Sequence record: DRR378314_244
DNA length: 52,403 nt
Reading direction: 5' to 3' (one strand)
This document shows, piece by piece, positions 38,472-48,978 of this stretch. Each line of letters opens with the position of its first letter. Positions within the stretch are counted from its first letter, which is position 1. The notes under the pieces were generated by a model that did not search any database, was not told the origin of the DNA, and saw only the letters and a program-made list of their open reading frames with translations. The translations under genes were made by a program, and so were the position numbers.

Positions 38472-39284
38472 TTACACCAGCTTGTAAAAGTTCTCGACCT
38501 GAATGCCGCCGAACCTATCCATCGCCTTGGCGCGCAACATCTGCATACCCGTCACCCAGCGGTCGTGATCTGTTGCACGATGAACCGCATAGGTCTGAAC
38601 CTCTGGATGCGACAGGATTAGAAAGCGCCCCGCCTCAACCCCGTCAACCACCGCCAAAGCTACATCATCCGCAGTCAGCAACGAACCCTGCGTTGCAGCA
38701 TCCGCATCGGAAAGCCCCAATAGCGGTGTTGCCACATATTGTGGACAGACAACCGACACCCCAATTCCATCAACACCATGGGTAATCGCCAGAGATTCGG
38801 CAAAGCTGACAGCCGCATGTTTGGTTGCGGAATAGGCCGCGTCGCCAATCTGATTCAGCAATCCCGCAGCAGAGGCAACATTAACCAAATGGCCGGATTT
38901 GCGGTTGATCATTTGAGGCAATAAGGCGCGGGCCGCGTAAACATGGCTCATCACGTGAACTTGCCAGTTCAGCTCCCAATGCGCATCACTCTGGGAGGCA
39001 GCATGGCTAGGATCTGCACCGCCTAATCCTGCATTTGAAACATAAATATCAACATCGCCATGTGTTTGGCTTGCCTTAGCAATCAACGATTTGACCTGCG
39101 CCTCATCGCGTACATCACAGGCCACAGCCATCCCGCCAATCTCTTGCGCCACGGTATTTGCCTTGGCCCCATCAAGGTCCGAAACACAAACCCGCGCACC
39201 CCGTTCAGCGGCGAGGCGGGCAATTGCTGCACCGATCCCACTGCCTGCGCCGGTCACAACAACCGAACTGCCTTCAAACTTCAT
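38472..39284 (-). CDS. SDR-family oxidoreductase
   Basis: TGAGSGIG, SNAG, ASAAGLL, YSATK. Confidence 0.92.
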   Translation of the reverse strand: MKFEGSSVVVTGAGSGIGAAIARLAAERGARVCVSDLDGAKANTVAQEIGGMAVACDVRDEAQVKSLIAKASQTHGDVDIYVSNAGLGGADPSHAASQSDAHWELNWQVHVMSHVYAARALLPQMINRKSGHLVNVASAAGLLNQIGDAAYSATKHAAVSFAESLAITHGVDGIGVSVVCPQYVATPLLGLSDADAATQGSLLTADDVALAVVDGVEAGRFLILSHPEVQTYAVHRATDHDRWVTGMQMLRAKAMDRFGGIQVENFYKLV

Positions 39285-39294
39285 GGGCCTCTCC

Positions 39295-40527
39295 CTAGAT
39301 CACAAATTGGGCAAGCGTTTCATCATTTGTGATGTCGGTATAGGAAAATCCAGCCGTTTCAATACGTTGGAACATAGCCGGAAAATTCTCCGGTGCATCT
39401 GTTTCGATCCCGATCAGGACCGACCCAAAGTTGCGCGCAGATTTCTTCATATACTCGAACCGCGTGATGTTATCGCTTGGTCCAAGTGTATCGAGAAAAT
39501 CGCGTAATGCGCCGGGACGTTGCGGCAAACGCAGGATAAAATACTTTTTAAGGCCAGAATACCGCTGCGCACGTTCTTTGACCTCAGGCAGGCGTTCAAA
39601 ATCAAAGTTCCCACCAGATGCGATACACACCACGGTTTTACCTTTTATCTGTTCAGCCACCTCGCCCAGCGCCTCTAGTGCCATTGCGCCTGCGGGTTCC
39701 AAAACGATGCCCTCAACGTTCAGCATTTCAACAATCGTGCAACAAATCCGGTCTTCTTCCAGGGCGATAACATCGTCGCGTCCGATGGTCTTTAACCGTG
39801 CAAAGGTCCGTGCACCGATTTTGGCGACCGATGCACCATCAACAAATGTATTCACCGGCGACACATCCACCGGTTCCCCTTCGTCCAATGCCGCCGCAAG
39901 GCTTTTGGCCCCTTCCGGTTCAACAAAGGTATAGCGACATTCCTGATCGAAATAGCTGTATATCCCGGCAGACAGCCCGCCACCACCGACAGGCAGGATG
40001 ACGTGATCAGGCACCCGGCCCAACTGCTGCTCTATCTCAACAGCAACAGAGGCTTGGCCCTCTATCACATCTTCATCATCAAACGGGGACAGGAAATGCG
40101 CGCCTTCCTTGGCACAAAACGTCTGGGCTGCAGCAAGGGTTGCATCAAAATAATCACCGACAAGGCGGATCTCGACCTGCTCACCGCCAAACATCCGGGT
40201 CTTGAGGATCTTTTGCTCTGGCGTAGTGACAGGCATAAAGATCACACCCCTTACCCCGAAGTGCCGACACATAAACGCAACACCCTGTGCATGATTGCCG
40301 GCAGAGGCGCAGACAAACAGCGATTGTTCAGGGATCACCTTACGCATGGCGTTAAAAGCACCGCGCAGTTTGTAGGACCGAACCGGGCTTAAGTCCTCGC
40401 GCTTCAGATAAATGTCGGCACCAAACCGTTCCGACAGTAACTCATTGCGCATCAAGGGTGTTTCGGGAAACACGGGTCGCATTTTGGCTGCTGCCAAGGT
40501 CGCCATCGCCTGAAAATTCTCTGTCAC
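39295..40527 (-). CDS. ilvA: Threonine dehydratase, biosynthetic short form
   Basis: [49 protein letters not shown] start at 40527. Confidence 0.95.
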   Translation of the reverse strand: MTENFQAMATLAAAKMRPVFPETPLMRNELLSERFGADIYLKREDLSPVRSYKLRGAFNAMRKVIPEQSLFVCASAGNHAQGVAFMCRHFGVRGVIFMPVTTPEQKILKTRMFGGEQVEIRLVGDYFDATLAAAQTFCAKEGAHFLSPFDDEDVIEGQASVAVEIEQQLGRVPDHVILPVGGGGLSAGIYSYFDQECRYTFVEPEGAKSLAAALDEGEPVDVSPVNTFVDGASVAKIGARTFARLKTIGRDDVIALEEDRICCTIVEMLNVEGIVLEPAGAMALEALGEVAEQIKGKTVVCIASGGNFDFERLPEVKERAQRYSGLKKYFILRLPQRPGALRDFLDTLGPSDNITRFEYMKKSARNFGSVLIGIETDAPENFPAMFQRIETAGFSYTDITNDETLAQFVI

Positions 40528-40651
40528 GGGTCCGCCTTTCAATCTGTGCCTATCGTTAGGCCCGCAAACAGGACAGGTCAACGCAAGGGCAACATCTTGC
40601 CCGCACCCACAAAACCCGATACCCCGCGATGGATTACCAAAGGAGCCGACC

Positions 40652-41869
40652 ATGTTTGTCCCTAAAAAAGTTGTTCTCGCCTATTCCGGCGGACTTGATA
40701 CCTCGATCATTCTCAAATGGCTGCAAACGGAATACGGCTGTGAGGTTGTAACCTTTACTGCCGATCTGGGTCAGGGCGAAGAGCTGGAGCCCGCCCGCGC
40801 CAAAGCCGAGATGATGGGCGCGTCCGATATCTATGTCGAAGATGTGCGCGAAGAGTTCGTGCGCGATTTTGTTTTCCCGATGTTTCGCGCCAATGCGGTT
40901 TACGAAGGGCTGTATCTGCTGGGCACCTCCATCGCGCGCCCCTTGATTTCAAAACGTCTGGTCGAGATCGCCGAAGAAACCGGCGCGGATGCCGTGGCCC
41001 ATGGTGCCACTGGCAAAGGTAACGATCAGGTGCGATTTGAACTGGCGGCTTACGCTCTGAACCCCGATATCAAGGTGATCGCACCCTGGCGGGAATGGGA
41101 CCTGTCCAGCCGGACCAAACTGCTGGAATTTGCAGAAAAGAACCAGATCCCGGTCGCCAAGGACAAACGTGGTGAAGCACCATTCAGCGTGGACGCAAAC
41201 CTCCTGCACACCTCCTCTGAAGGGAAGGTATTGGAAGATCCTGCCGTCGACGCACCCGATTACGTCTATCAGCGCACGGTTAACCCCGAGGATGCGCCCG
41301 ACACACCTGAATATGTCGAGGTCGGTTTTGAACGCGGCGATGCGGTGTCGATCAATGGCGAGGCGATGTCGCCTGCATCCATCTTGACCAAGCTGAATGA
41401 GCTGGGTGGCAAACACGGCTGTGGTCGCCTGGATCTGGTGGAAGGCCGCTTTGTCGGTATGAAATCACGCGGCATCTATGAAACACCCGGTGGCACATTG
41501 CTGCTTGAAGCGCACCGTGCGATTGAATCAATCACGCTGGACCGTGGTGCGATGCACCTCAAAGACGAGCTGATGCCGAAATATGCCGAACTGATCTACA
41601 ACGGTTTCTGGTACAGCCCAGAGCGCACAATGCTGCAAGCAGCGATCGACGCCAGCCAAACCCATGTGACAGGCACCGTGCGCCTGAAACTCTACAAGGG
41701 TCATGTACGCACTGTTGGCCGCTGGTCAGATCATTCGCTGTATTCCGAGGCGCATGTGACCTTTGAAGATGATGCCGGCGCTTACGATCAGAAAGACGCC
41801 GCAGGGTTCATCCAGTTGAACGCATTGCGGTTGAAGTTGCTGGCCGCCCGCGACAAACGGTTCAAGTAA
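40652..41869 (+). CDS. argG: Argininosuccinate synthase
   Basis: [43 protein letters not shown]. Confidence 0.98.
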   Translation: MFVPKKVVLAYSGGLDTSIILKWLQTEYGCEVVTFTADLGQGEELEPARAKAEMMGASDIYVEDVREEFVRDFVFPMFRANAVYEGLYLLGTSIARPLISKRLVEIAEETGADAVAHGATGKGNDQVRFELAAYALNPDIKVIAPWREWDLSSRTKLLEFAEKNQIPVAKDKRGEAPFSVDANLLHTSSEGKVLEDPAVDAPDYVYQRTVNPEDAPDTPEYVEVGFERGDAVSINGEAMSPASILTKLNELGGKHGCGRLDLVEGRFVGMKSRGIYETPGGTLLLEAHRAIESITLDRGAMHLKDELMPKYAELIYNGFWYSPERTMLQAAIDASQTHVTGTVRLKLYKGHVRTVGRWSDHSLYSEAHVTFEDDAGAYDQKDAAGFIQLNALRLKLLAARDKRFK

Positions 41870-41900
41870 AAAACAGGCCCGAACCTTTCGGTCCGGGCCT
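41868..41900 (-). terminator. Intrinsic terminator between argG and the convergent gene
   Basis: Minus strand AGGCCCGGACC-GAAA-GGTTCGGGCCT-GTTTTTT. Confidence 0.8.
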
Positions 41901-41935
41901 CACACTCGTTACGCGTCAGAAAGCTTCGGCGAAAC

Positions 41936-42349
41936 TTACTTCGCCGTCACAACTTTCATAACAAGCTTACCGTCTGGTTTAATCGGACCGTCTTCCTTGG
42001 CCCCCAGCGTGTATTCAAATACGCCGGTTTTCATGCCGCCCTGTTCGGCGTGCACCATCAGCATCAGCATTTCGCCGGATTTTACCTCTTCTTGCAGGAT
42101 TGCCGCGACATCAGTGTTTTCACCGCCACGCAACGGCGCATAGCCGACAACCGGACCCGGCTTCATCTCTGCATCAGTGCGGTGAACAACCAACCAGCCG
42201 TTTTCACCCGCCACCACCTTTTCGGCGCTGACAATGCCATTCGACACGTCCTGATCGGCGGCTTCTACCATGGGCGTTGCGTGCGCGGCAGCGAAAGCCA
42301 CACCAGCAGCACATGTCAGGGCGATTGCGGAACTCAGTAGATATTTCAC
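41936..42349 (-). CDS. Secreted hypothetical protein (His/Met-containing, predicted beta-rich)
   Basis: AAGGAGGAG RBS before GTG 42349; signal peptide ending AFA; GWLVVH and MLMVH motifs. Confidence 0.8.
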   Translation of the reverse strand: MKYLLSSAIALTCAAGVAFAAAHATPMVEAADQDVSNGIVSAEKVVAGENGWLVVHRTDAEMKPGPVVGYAPLRGGENTDVAAILQEEVKSGEMLMLMVHAEQGGMKTGVFEYTLGAKEDGPIKPDGKLVMKVVTAK

Positions 42350-42412
42350 AGTGTATCTCCTCCTTGGATACAGAACCAACGGAGTGGATAACGGATTAGT
42401 TTCAGCCTGTTT

Positions 42413-43105
42413 TCAAACCAGTGCGTTTTCTTTCATTTTTTCATAAAATGGCATCGCCTGATCCAGCAGTTTGGTCATTGTCGGTTCGAGCACTGGCAAA
42501 ACCCCCTCTGCCCCGGCAAATCCGCTGCTTTGATGCACGGCATGATACCAATGCCGTGCCCAAATCCCGTCTTCCGCCCGTGGTCCGGGCTGCCAGTGCA
42601 ACATCGCGGGATCAAACGGCAGATCAATCGCTGAACAAAGTTTTCGCAACATCTTTACTGGATCGGCACGGATATCAGTGCTGTCGATCACGATACCTCC
42701 CAATGCATCGAACAAGTGGGCCTGTTGCACAAAACCAATGTCATCTAACGTCGGCGCTTCGCGTTTGGCTGTATAGCTGGCAATCACCCGTGCAGGGTGG
42801 CGGATCAAATGGACATGCACACAATCCTCCGCCCAATCCATGGGAAAATCCTCCACCATATGGTGCGGCATATGTTTCATATAAAGGTGCGGCGTGCCTG
42901 TGCGTTTGCAGTCTAAACTCACTTTATTAGGGTCTGTTTCATGGGCTTGCAGTATCTCATCACGCATCGGATGATCCGCACCGGTCCTGTGCAGATAGGC
43001 GGCGTAAAACGGTTCATCCATGACCGCAAAATCCGCCCGCGCGCCAAAGCTGTACATCATCGCTGTGCTTAGGTTTCGCGGGCCCGACCACATGGCGATA
43101 CGCAT
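42413..43105 (-). CDS. Sulfotransferase-like P-loop protein (type usually linked to class IV aminotransferases)
   Basis: MWSGPRNLSTAMMYSFGAR, DEPFYA, KHMPHH, LIRHP..VIASY, DGIWARHWY..V..SSGF. Confidence 0.82.
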   Translation of the reverse strand: MRIAMWSGPRNLSTAMMYSFGARADFAVMDEPFYAAYLHRTGADHPMRDEILQAHETDPNKVSLDCKRTGTPHLYMKHMPHHMVEDFPMDWAEDCVHVHLIRHPARVIASYTAKREAPTLDDIGFVQQAHLFDALGGIVIDSTDIRADPVKMLRKLCSAIDLPFDPAMLHWQPGPRAEDGIWARHWYHAVHQSSGFAGAEGVLPVLEPTMTKLLDQAMPFYEKMKENALV

Positions 43106-43249
43106 AGCTTCTCCTTACTCTCTGGCTGACGCTAGAAATGTTACGGGTCTTTGCCAAGCGGTAAAGTACCATCACCACCGCGTGAACGAACAACCTTGAA
43201 CCTTGCCCCGGCTCAACCGCCAGCGCAGCATAGCGCAAAGGAGATCGCC

Positions 43250-43915
43250 ATGTTCAATTTCTCAACCTTCAAGCCATTCGCCCTGGCAACTTTCATCGCG
43301 TTGGGTGTTCTGGCGCAAACCAGTACCGCCAAAGCTGCCGGGACCGAAACACTGACCGTTGCAGGTGGATGTTTCTGGTGTGTAGAAGCCGATTTCGAAT
43401 CCTTGCGTGGCGTAAAGGAAGCTGTTTCGGGCTTTGCGGGTGGGAAAACGGCCAATCCGACCTACAAACAAGTAACACAGGGTGGCACCGGCCATTACGA
43501 AGCGGTTCAGATCAAGTTTGATCCAAATGTGGTCAGCCGCGACACCCTGCTTGCACTGTTCTTCCGTTCGATTGATCCAACTGACGCAGGTGGGCAATTC
43601 TGTGACCGCGGTGAAAGCTATCGCAGCGCCATTTTTGCGGCCAATGCCACCCAGAAAACCGCCGCTGAAAAAGCCAAATCAGAGGCACAGGCCGCATTAG
43701 GTCAGAAGATTGTAACACCCGTATTGGGTGCCAGCAAATTCTATCCTGCTGATGAATACCATCAGGATTATTACAAAAGCAGCGAGCGATTGGCGGTGAC
43801 CTCTGTCGGTCTGGCGGTGAAGAAGTCGGTCGCCTACAAACGCTACCGCAAAGGCTGTGGGCGGGATGCGCGGGTCAAACAGCTTTGGGGTTCAGACGCC
43901 CCGTTTGTGAATTAG
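43250..43915 (+). CDS. msrA: Peptide-methionine (S)-S-oxide reductase with signal peptide
   Basis: AGGCFWCVEADF, GHYEAV, DPTDAGGQFCDRG..YRSAIF, EYHQDYY. AAGGAG RBS before ATG 43250. Confidence 0.94.
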   Translation: MFNFSTFKPFALATFIALGVLAQTSTAKAAGTETLTVAGGCFWCVEADFESLRGVKEAVSGFAGGKTANPTYKQVTQGGTGHYEAVQIKFDPNVVSRDTLLALFFRSIDPTDAGGQFCDRGESYRSAIFAANATQKTAAEKAKSEAQAALGQKIVTPVLGASKFYPADEYHQDYYKSSERLAVTSVGLAVKKSVAYKRYRKGCGRDARVKQLWGSDAPFVN

Positions 43916-44784
43916 GAAAAATCGTGATCCTGGACATCTTTCAAATCCGGGATCACATCTGCCGTCCCATTCCGCCCGACCATCAACGCGCCAGCGCGCA
44001 ACGCCAAATCCAGTGCTTTGACCATCTCGAACCCGCGATCCAATCCTGCAACAAGGTAGCCGGTAAACGTATCGCCAGCACCTGTTGTATCCACAACCTC
44101 CACAGGAAACGATGGGAAGCTTTCTTCGGTTTTCGCCTTGTTAGAGACCCATTTGCACCCGTCACCGCCCAAGGTGATGACAATGTCATCAACCGGCAAC
44201 GCAGATAACTCAGTACCAGTTGAGGCTTGCAGCTGGGCCGCCTCAACCTCGTTCAAAACCAGCAGATCAACATGGGTGATCACCTCTTGCACAGCATCTG
44301 CGGAAAACGGGGCTGCCGCATAGACCACCCGCAAACCCAATGTCCTTGCCGTTTGCGCGGCATATGCCTGTCCGTTGGTTTCATTCTGCATCAACAGAAA
44401 ATCACCCGGCGTTGCCTCGGCCAGCGCCGCGCCAATCATCCGTTCGGTGACAGCATGGTTTGCACCTGCGTAAAGCACGATATTGTTTTCGCCATCCGCA
44501 TCAACATTGATGTTCGCATGACCCGTTGCCACATCGGCCCGGGCGATATGCTGGGTATCAACCCCATATTCCAACAAGCGATCAACGGCCCATTTGCCAT
44601 CATCCCCAACCGCGCCGATATGTACAACACGTGCCGCCGCGCGGGCAGCAGCAACGGACATATTCGCCCCTTTGCCGCCTAGCCCCTGTTGAAACCTATC
44701 CGCTGCAAGCGTCTCCCCTGGCCCGGGCAGATGGCGGAGATAATAGAAATTATCCGCATTGATCGAGCCGAGGTTCCAGATCAT
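43912..44784 (-). CDS. rbsK: Ribokinase-family carbohydrate kinase
   Basis: GSINAD, GGKGAN, QNE, LNEVEA, DTTGAGDTF. Confidence 0.85.
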   Translation of the reverse strand: MIWNLGSINADNFYYLRHLPGPGETLAADRFQQGLGGKGANMSVAAARAAARVVHIGAVGDDGKWAVDRLLEYGVDTQHIARADVATGHANINVDADGENNIVLYAGANHAVTERMIGAALAEATPGDFLLMQNETNGQAYAAQTARTLGLRVVYAAAPFSADAVQEVITHVDLLVLNEVEAAQLQASTGTELSALPVDDIVITLGGDGCKWVSNKAKTEESFPSFPVEVVDTTGAGDTFTGYLVAGLDRGFEMVKALDLALRAGALMVGRNGTADVIPDLKDVQDHDFS

Positions 44785-47039
44785 CCGCCGACCTTGCAGG
44801 CCGACAGAATCGCCATGTTCAGGATGTCATTTGCCGTTGCTGCGGTGGAGCAAAGCTGAATGCTCTTGTCCAGCCCGGTCAGGATCGGACCAATCACCGT
44901 GGCACCGGCCATTTCCTGCATGAGTTTAACCGAAATGCTTGCCGAATGCCGCGCCGGTACAACCAGAATATTTGCAGGCCCCGTCAGACGCGAAAATGGA
45001 TACTGCTTTTGCGCCGCAACATTCAGCGCCACATCGACAGTCATCTCACCTTCATATTCGAAGTTAACGCCACGCTCATCCAGCACCTGCGGTGCCAGAT
45101 GCATTTTTTCGGCACGTTCCGACACCGGATATCCAAAGGTCGAAAAGCTGACAAAGGCCACGCGCGGCTCCAGCCCCATGTGACGCGCAACCGCCGCACC
45201 GCTTTCGGCGATATTGGCCAGATCATTCTCATCAGGCCATTCATGCACCAAGGTATCCGCGATAAACACGATCCGCCCTTTGTGCATCAATGCCGTGATC
45301 CCCGCCGCCCCATGTTTGGCGTTTGCATCAAACACATGGTTGATCCGCTCAAGCACATGTGCCGACTTGCGGGTCGCCCCCGTCACCAAACCGTCGCCAT
45401 GCCCGTGCGCCAACATCAAGGCACCAAAAACATGACGATCCCGCGCTGCAAGACGGTGAATATCTTTGCTGTCGTGGCCGCGACGTTGAAGCCGGCCATA
45501 AAGGAAATTCTTGTAGGTATCCAAATGCTTTGTGTTGGCGGCATTCACAACCTCTAGCTCGCGCACAGCGTCGCTCATACCTGCGTCTTCAAGCTTTTGT
45601 TTGACGTCATCGGGGCGCCCTACAACCAGCGCCTTACCAAGGCCCGACCGTTGGTATGTGACCGCCGCCCGCAATACCCGTGGATCATCCCCTTCGGCAA
45701 AGATCATCCGCGCCTGAGCGGTCCGCGCCCGTGCGTTGATCCCGCGCAGGATGTTTGCCGTTGGATCCATCCGCGATTTCAGGTTCAGCTCATAGGCGTC
45801 CATATCAATGATGGGACGGCGCGCGGCACCTGTGTCCATCCCCGCCCGTGCCACCGCTGGTGGAATGCGCCAGATCAGGCGCGGATCAAACGGTGTGGGA
45901 ATGATATAGTCACGCCCAAAGGTCAGCGTCTTGCCATAGGCAACCGCAACCTCATCCGGCACATCTTCGCGCGCGAGATTGGCAAGGGCATGGGCACAGG
46001 CGATTTTCATTTCATCATTGATAGCGCGGGCATTGATATCCAGCGCTCCACGGAACAGATACGGGAAACCCAGCACGTTGTTCACCTGGTTCGGATAATC
46101 CGAGCGCCCGGTGGCCACAATGGCATCCATGCGCACGGCATGGGCTTCTTCCGGCGTGATCTCTGGATCAGGGTTCGCCATCGCAAAAATCACCGGATTG
46201 TCTGCCATGCTGGCTACCATATCCGGTGTTACGGCACCTTTGACAGACACCCCAAGGAACACATCTGCACCCTTCATCGCCTCTTCGAGGCTGCGCAATT
46301 CAGTGTTGGCCGCATGCGCCGATTTCCACTGGTTCATGCCCTCTGTACGACCCTGATAGATCACACCTTTGGTATCGCACATGATGCAATTGTTGTGCTG
46401 GGCGCCCATCGCCTTGAGCAGCTCAAGACAGGCAATGCCCGCAGCACCCGCACCGTTCAGGACAATGCGTACATCCTCGATTTTCTTTCCCGAAATATGC
46501 AACGCGTTGATCAGCCCGGCGGCACAGATCACCGCTGTGCCATGCTGATCATCATGGAACACCGGAATGTCCATTTCTTCCTTCAAGCGCTGTTCAATGA
46601 TAAAACATTCAGGCGCTTTGATGTCCTCAAGGTTGATCCCACCGAATGTAGGGCCCATCAGCTTAACCGCGTTGATAAAGGCTTCGGTATCCTCAGTGTC
46701 CAGCTCGATATCGATAGAGTTCACATCAGCAAACCGTTTGAACAGGACCGATTTACCCTCCATCACCGGCTTGGAGGCCAGCGCGCCCAGATTGCCCAGA
46801 CCCAGCACCGCTGTACCGTTTGAAATCACCGCAACAAGGTTACCCTTGTTGGTGTAGTCATAGGCCAGTTCAGGGTTTTGCGCGATCGCTTCGCAGGGCA
46901 CCGCAACCCCGGGCGAATAGGCCAGGGAAAGGTCGCGCTGCGTCGTCATCGGCACGGTCGCGGAAATTTCGAACTTGCCGGGAGATGGTTCAAGATGAAA
47001 GGCAAGCGCCTCTTCGTCGGTAATTCTGTTTCTGGTCAC
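44781..47039 (-). CDS. maeB: NADP-dependent malic enzyme with phosphotransacetylase-like domain
   Basis: LSLAYSPGVA, KPVMEGK, FGGINLEDIKAPECF, FHDDQHGTA, TGRSDYPNQVNNVLGFP; C-terminal PTA domain. Confidence 0.96.
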   Translation of the reverse strand: MTRNRITDEEALAFHLEPSPGKFEISATVPMTTQRDLSLAYSPGVAVPCEAIAQNPELAYDYTNKGNLVAVISNGTAVLGLGNLGALASKPVMEGKSVLFKRFADVNSIDIELDTEDTEAFINAVKLMGPTFGGINLEDIKAPECFIIEQRLKEEMDIPVFHDDQHGTAVICAAGLINALHISGKKIEDVRIVLNGAGAAGIACLELLKAMGAQHNNCIMCDTKGVIYQGRTEGMNQWKSAHAANTELRSLEEAMKGADVFLGVSVKGAVTPDMVASMADNPVIFAMANPDPEITPEEAHAVRMDAIVATGRSDYPNQVNNVLGFPYLFRGALDINARAINDEMKIACAHALANLAREDVPDEVAVAYGKTLTFGRDYIIPTPFDPRLIWRIPPAVARAGMDTGAARRPIIDMDAYELNLKSRMDPTANILRGINARARTAQARMIFAEGDDPRVLRAAVTYQRSGLGKALVVGRPDDVKQKLEDAGMSDAVRELEVVNAANTKHLDTYKNFLYGRLQRRGHDSKDIHRLAARDRHVFGALMLAHGHGDGLVTGATRKSAHVLERINHVFDANAKHGAAGITALMHKGRIVFIADTLVHEWPDENDLANIAESGAAVARHMGLEPRVAFVSFSTFGYPVSERAEKMHLAPQVLDERGVNFEYEGEMTVDVALNVAAQKQYPFSRLTGPANILVVPARHSASISVKLMQEMAGATVIGPILTGLDKSIQLCSTAATANDILNMAILSACKVGG

Positions 47040-47108
47040 GTGGGCGTACTTTCAATTGTTTCCCATGTCTTATCTTTGATCGCCAAAACGTTCAATCAGC
47101 ACGAACGG

Positions 47109-48839
47109 CTATGCGACGAAACGCAGCCAGTCGTGTTTTGCAACAAAGGCGTCATGCCTGTCAGGGAAATCTGTCTTTAGCCGGGCCAGCGCCCAGCGGA
47201 TCACCTGAGGCCGGTCACAATGGTTTGCACACCAAATCATGCGCACCAATGTCTGCCACCGATCAGGGTCCGCCTTATGCGCCAGATCCAGTGCAAGCAG
47301 TTCTGATTTCGGTTCCTCCAGTGCCTTATGGCAATCGGCGCGAACCAGACACAGCTTGCTGTCCGCGTGCACCAACTCTTCATGCTGTTCCAGCAGCTTG
47401 ATGGCCCGCTCTGCCTCACCGACATGCAAAAGTTCACGCGCTAGCCGACCCAGCGCATCTGGATCTTTCAGGTCTGGATAATGCCCAAGCACTGTCACAA
47501 TAAAGGCCATGACCTGACCAATTGCGCCCTCGGACAGAGAGGCCGGCACAATCCCGTCTTCGCTAAATTCAGGTTCTATTAGAGGGTTCTTAGCCCTATA
47601 GTCGCCGAAGAAACTCACATATCTGCACCGCGATGCATTAGCCAACGGCCAGAAGTCGCCCCAGCGGATTTGCGCGGTTTGCAATGTGCCAATCTCGATC
47701 ACATAGGTTTGCGGCGATGCAAAAAGCATGTTGGTGAAACCTGCCCCGTGATAAGACACCATCATCTCAGCCCGCGCCATTAAGGCGATCTGTTCAAGCG
47801 GGCTCAGGCTTTCAAAGACCACGTATTCAAAGCCGAACATCTGAAGATGCTCAAACAACAAATCCTCGCCTTCCATTTGCCGTTCTCGGCTTAGTCGGGT
47901 GTCGCGGCCCACAAAGAACCGCTTGGGCAAATGGTCAAACTCAAGCCCTTCGATGGCGCGCAACGCCCGGGCCCGCAGGGCCAGTAGATTGGTATTCACC
48001 AGGTTCATCGCCAGCGGATCATATGCTTCCAATGATGCAACACCGTGCTGCCAGACATCACTGTCCGGCATATGTTCCTGTATCCCTTCAAAGTCTGCGG
48101 TCGGCGCCATGTGATACCCGCCGTCCAACTCATATGCGGTCACAACATTCGGGTATTCCTTTGGCACGCGCTCAAAGAAGATCCGGCCCTTGAATTCGGG
48201 GAACAATGCCTCGGCAAATGTAGTTGCGAAAGGCCGCTGCTTGTCCTCACTGTTGGGGAAGTGAAAATAGATATCACCCTGAAAATCCAACCCATCCAGA
48301 ACCGTCAGTTGCGACAGGGATTCAGTGATAAAATGAAAATAGTTGAACGTGTTTCGACATTCTACTGCAAAAGGAGTATCAGGCTCTAACAAGCCTGAAT
48401 ATAGCGGTATCTCCCGATTTTTGTTGCCGTCCCGACAGGTTTCAAAAAACGCGGCAAGCTGTTCGTTTGCGTTGATTTCAGCACTTGCATTTGCCTTACG
48501 AAAACGAGTCATCACCCGTTTCGCCGCCGCCCCGCTAAGCATCACGCGATCATGTGCCAGCACAAAGGACTGACGAAAATCAGCCTGATCCAGCATCACC
48601 GGAATCGCATTAAATTCGATTGGCGTCGTCAGGGTGCGGTTTCTTTCTGTCCTCCGCAGGAGCTGCCGGATCTTCTTGTTGATTTCCTGATGTGCGCTTG
48701 CGGCAAACCCTGCAATCTGCCCCCCCTCAATCGGACGCCAGTGAAACTCCGGCTCAAGCAACAGCCGGAAACCGGGGTCTTGCCATGGGTTCAGAAACAA
48801 CCTGTCAGGTGGCAGCGTAAGATCAATTTTGTTGCGCAT
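47109..48839 (-). CDS. Glycosyltransferase family 61 (DUF563)-like protein with helical TPR-like C-terminus
   Basis: NYFHFITESL, FESLSPLEQIALM..AEMMVSYHGAGFTNMLFA..YVIEI. Start uncertain (48839 or further upstream). Confidence 0.8.
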   Translation of the reverse strand: MRNKIDLTLPPDRLFLNPWQDPGFRLLLEPEFHWRPIEGGQIAGFAASAHQEINKKIRQLLRRTERNRTLTTPIEFNAIPVMLDQADFRQSFVLAHDRVMLSGAAAKRVMTRFRKANASAEINANEQLAAFFETCRDGNKNREIPLYSGLLEPDTPFAVECRNTFNYFHFITESLSQLTVLDGLDFQGDIYFHFPNSEDKQRPFATTFAEALFPEFKGRIFFERVPKEYPNVVTAYELDGGYHMAPTADFEGIQEHMPDSDVWQHGVASLEAYDPLAMNLVNTNLLALRARALRAIEGLEFDHLPKRFFVGRDTRLSRERQMEGEDLLFEHLQMFGFEYVVFESLSPLEQIALMARAEMMVSYHGAGFTNMLFASPQTYVIEIGTLQTAQIRWGDFWPLANASRCRYVSFFGDYRAKNPLIEPEFSEDGIVPASLSEGAIGQVMAFIVTVLGHYPDLKDPDALGRLARELLHVGEAERAIKLLEQHEELVHADSKLCLVRADCHKALEEPKSELLALDLAHKADPDRWQTLVRMIWCANHCDRPQVIRWALARLKTDFPDRHDAFVAKHDWLRFVA

Positions 48840-48978
48840 GGGTTTGGCATGCTTTCTTGCCCGGATCTGTACCGTTTTATCATGAATGCCCGACCCGTCC
48901 AGCGACAAGCTCTGCGTCCCCCTCTTTCCTCGCGCGGCTTGGTTTTGTACAGACAAGCAAGCCTTGGGGGGTAATCAA

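Noticed and set aside
45597-46823. 408-aa plus-strand ORF
   Set aside because: Entirely antisense to maeB with no recognisable motifs; a typical shadow ORF of a GC-rich coding strand.
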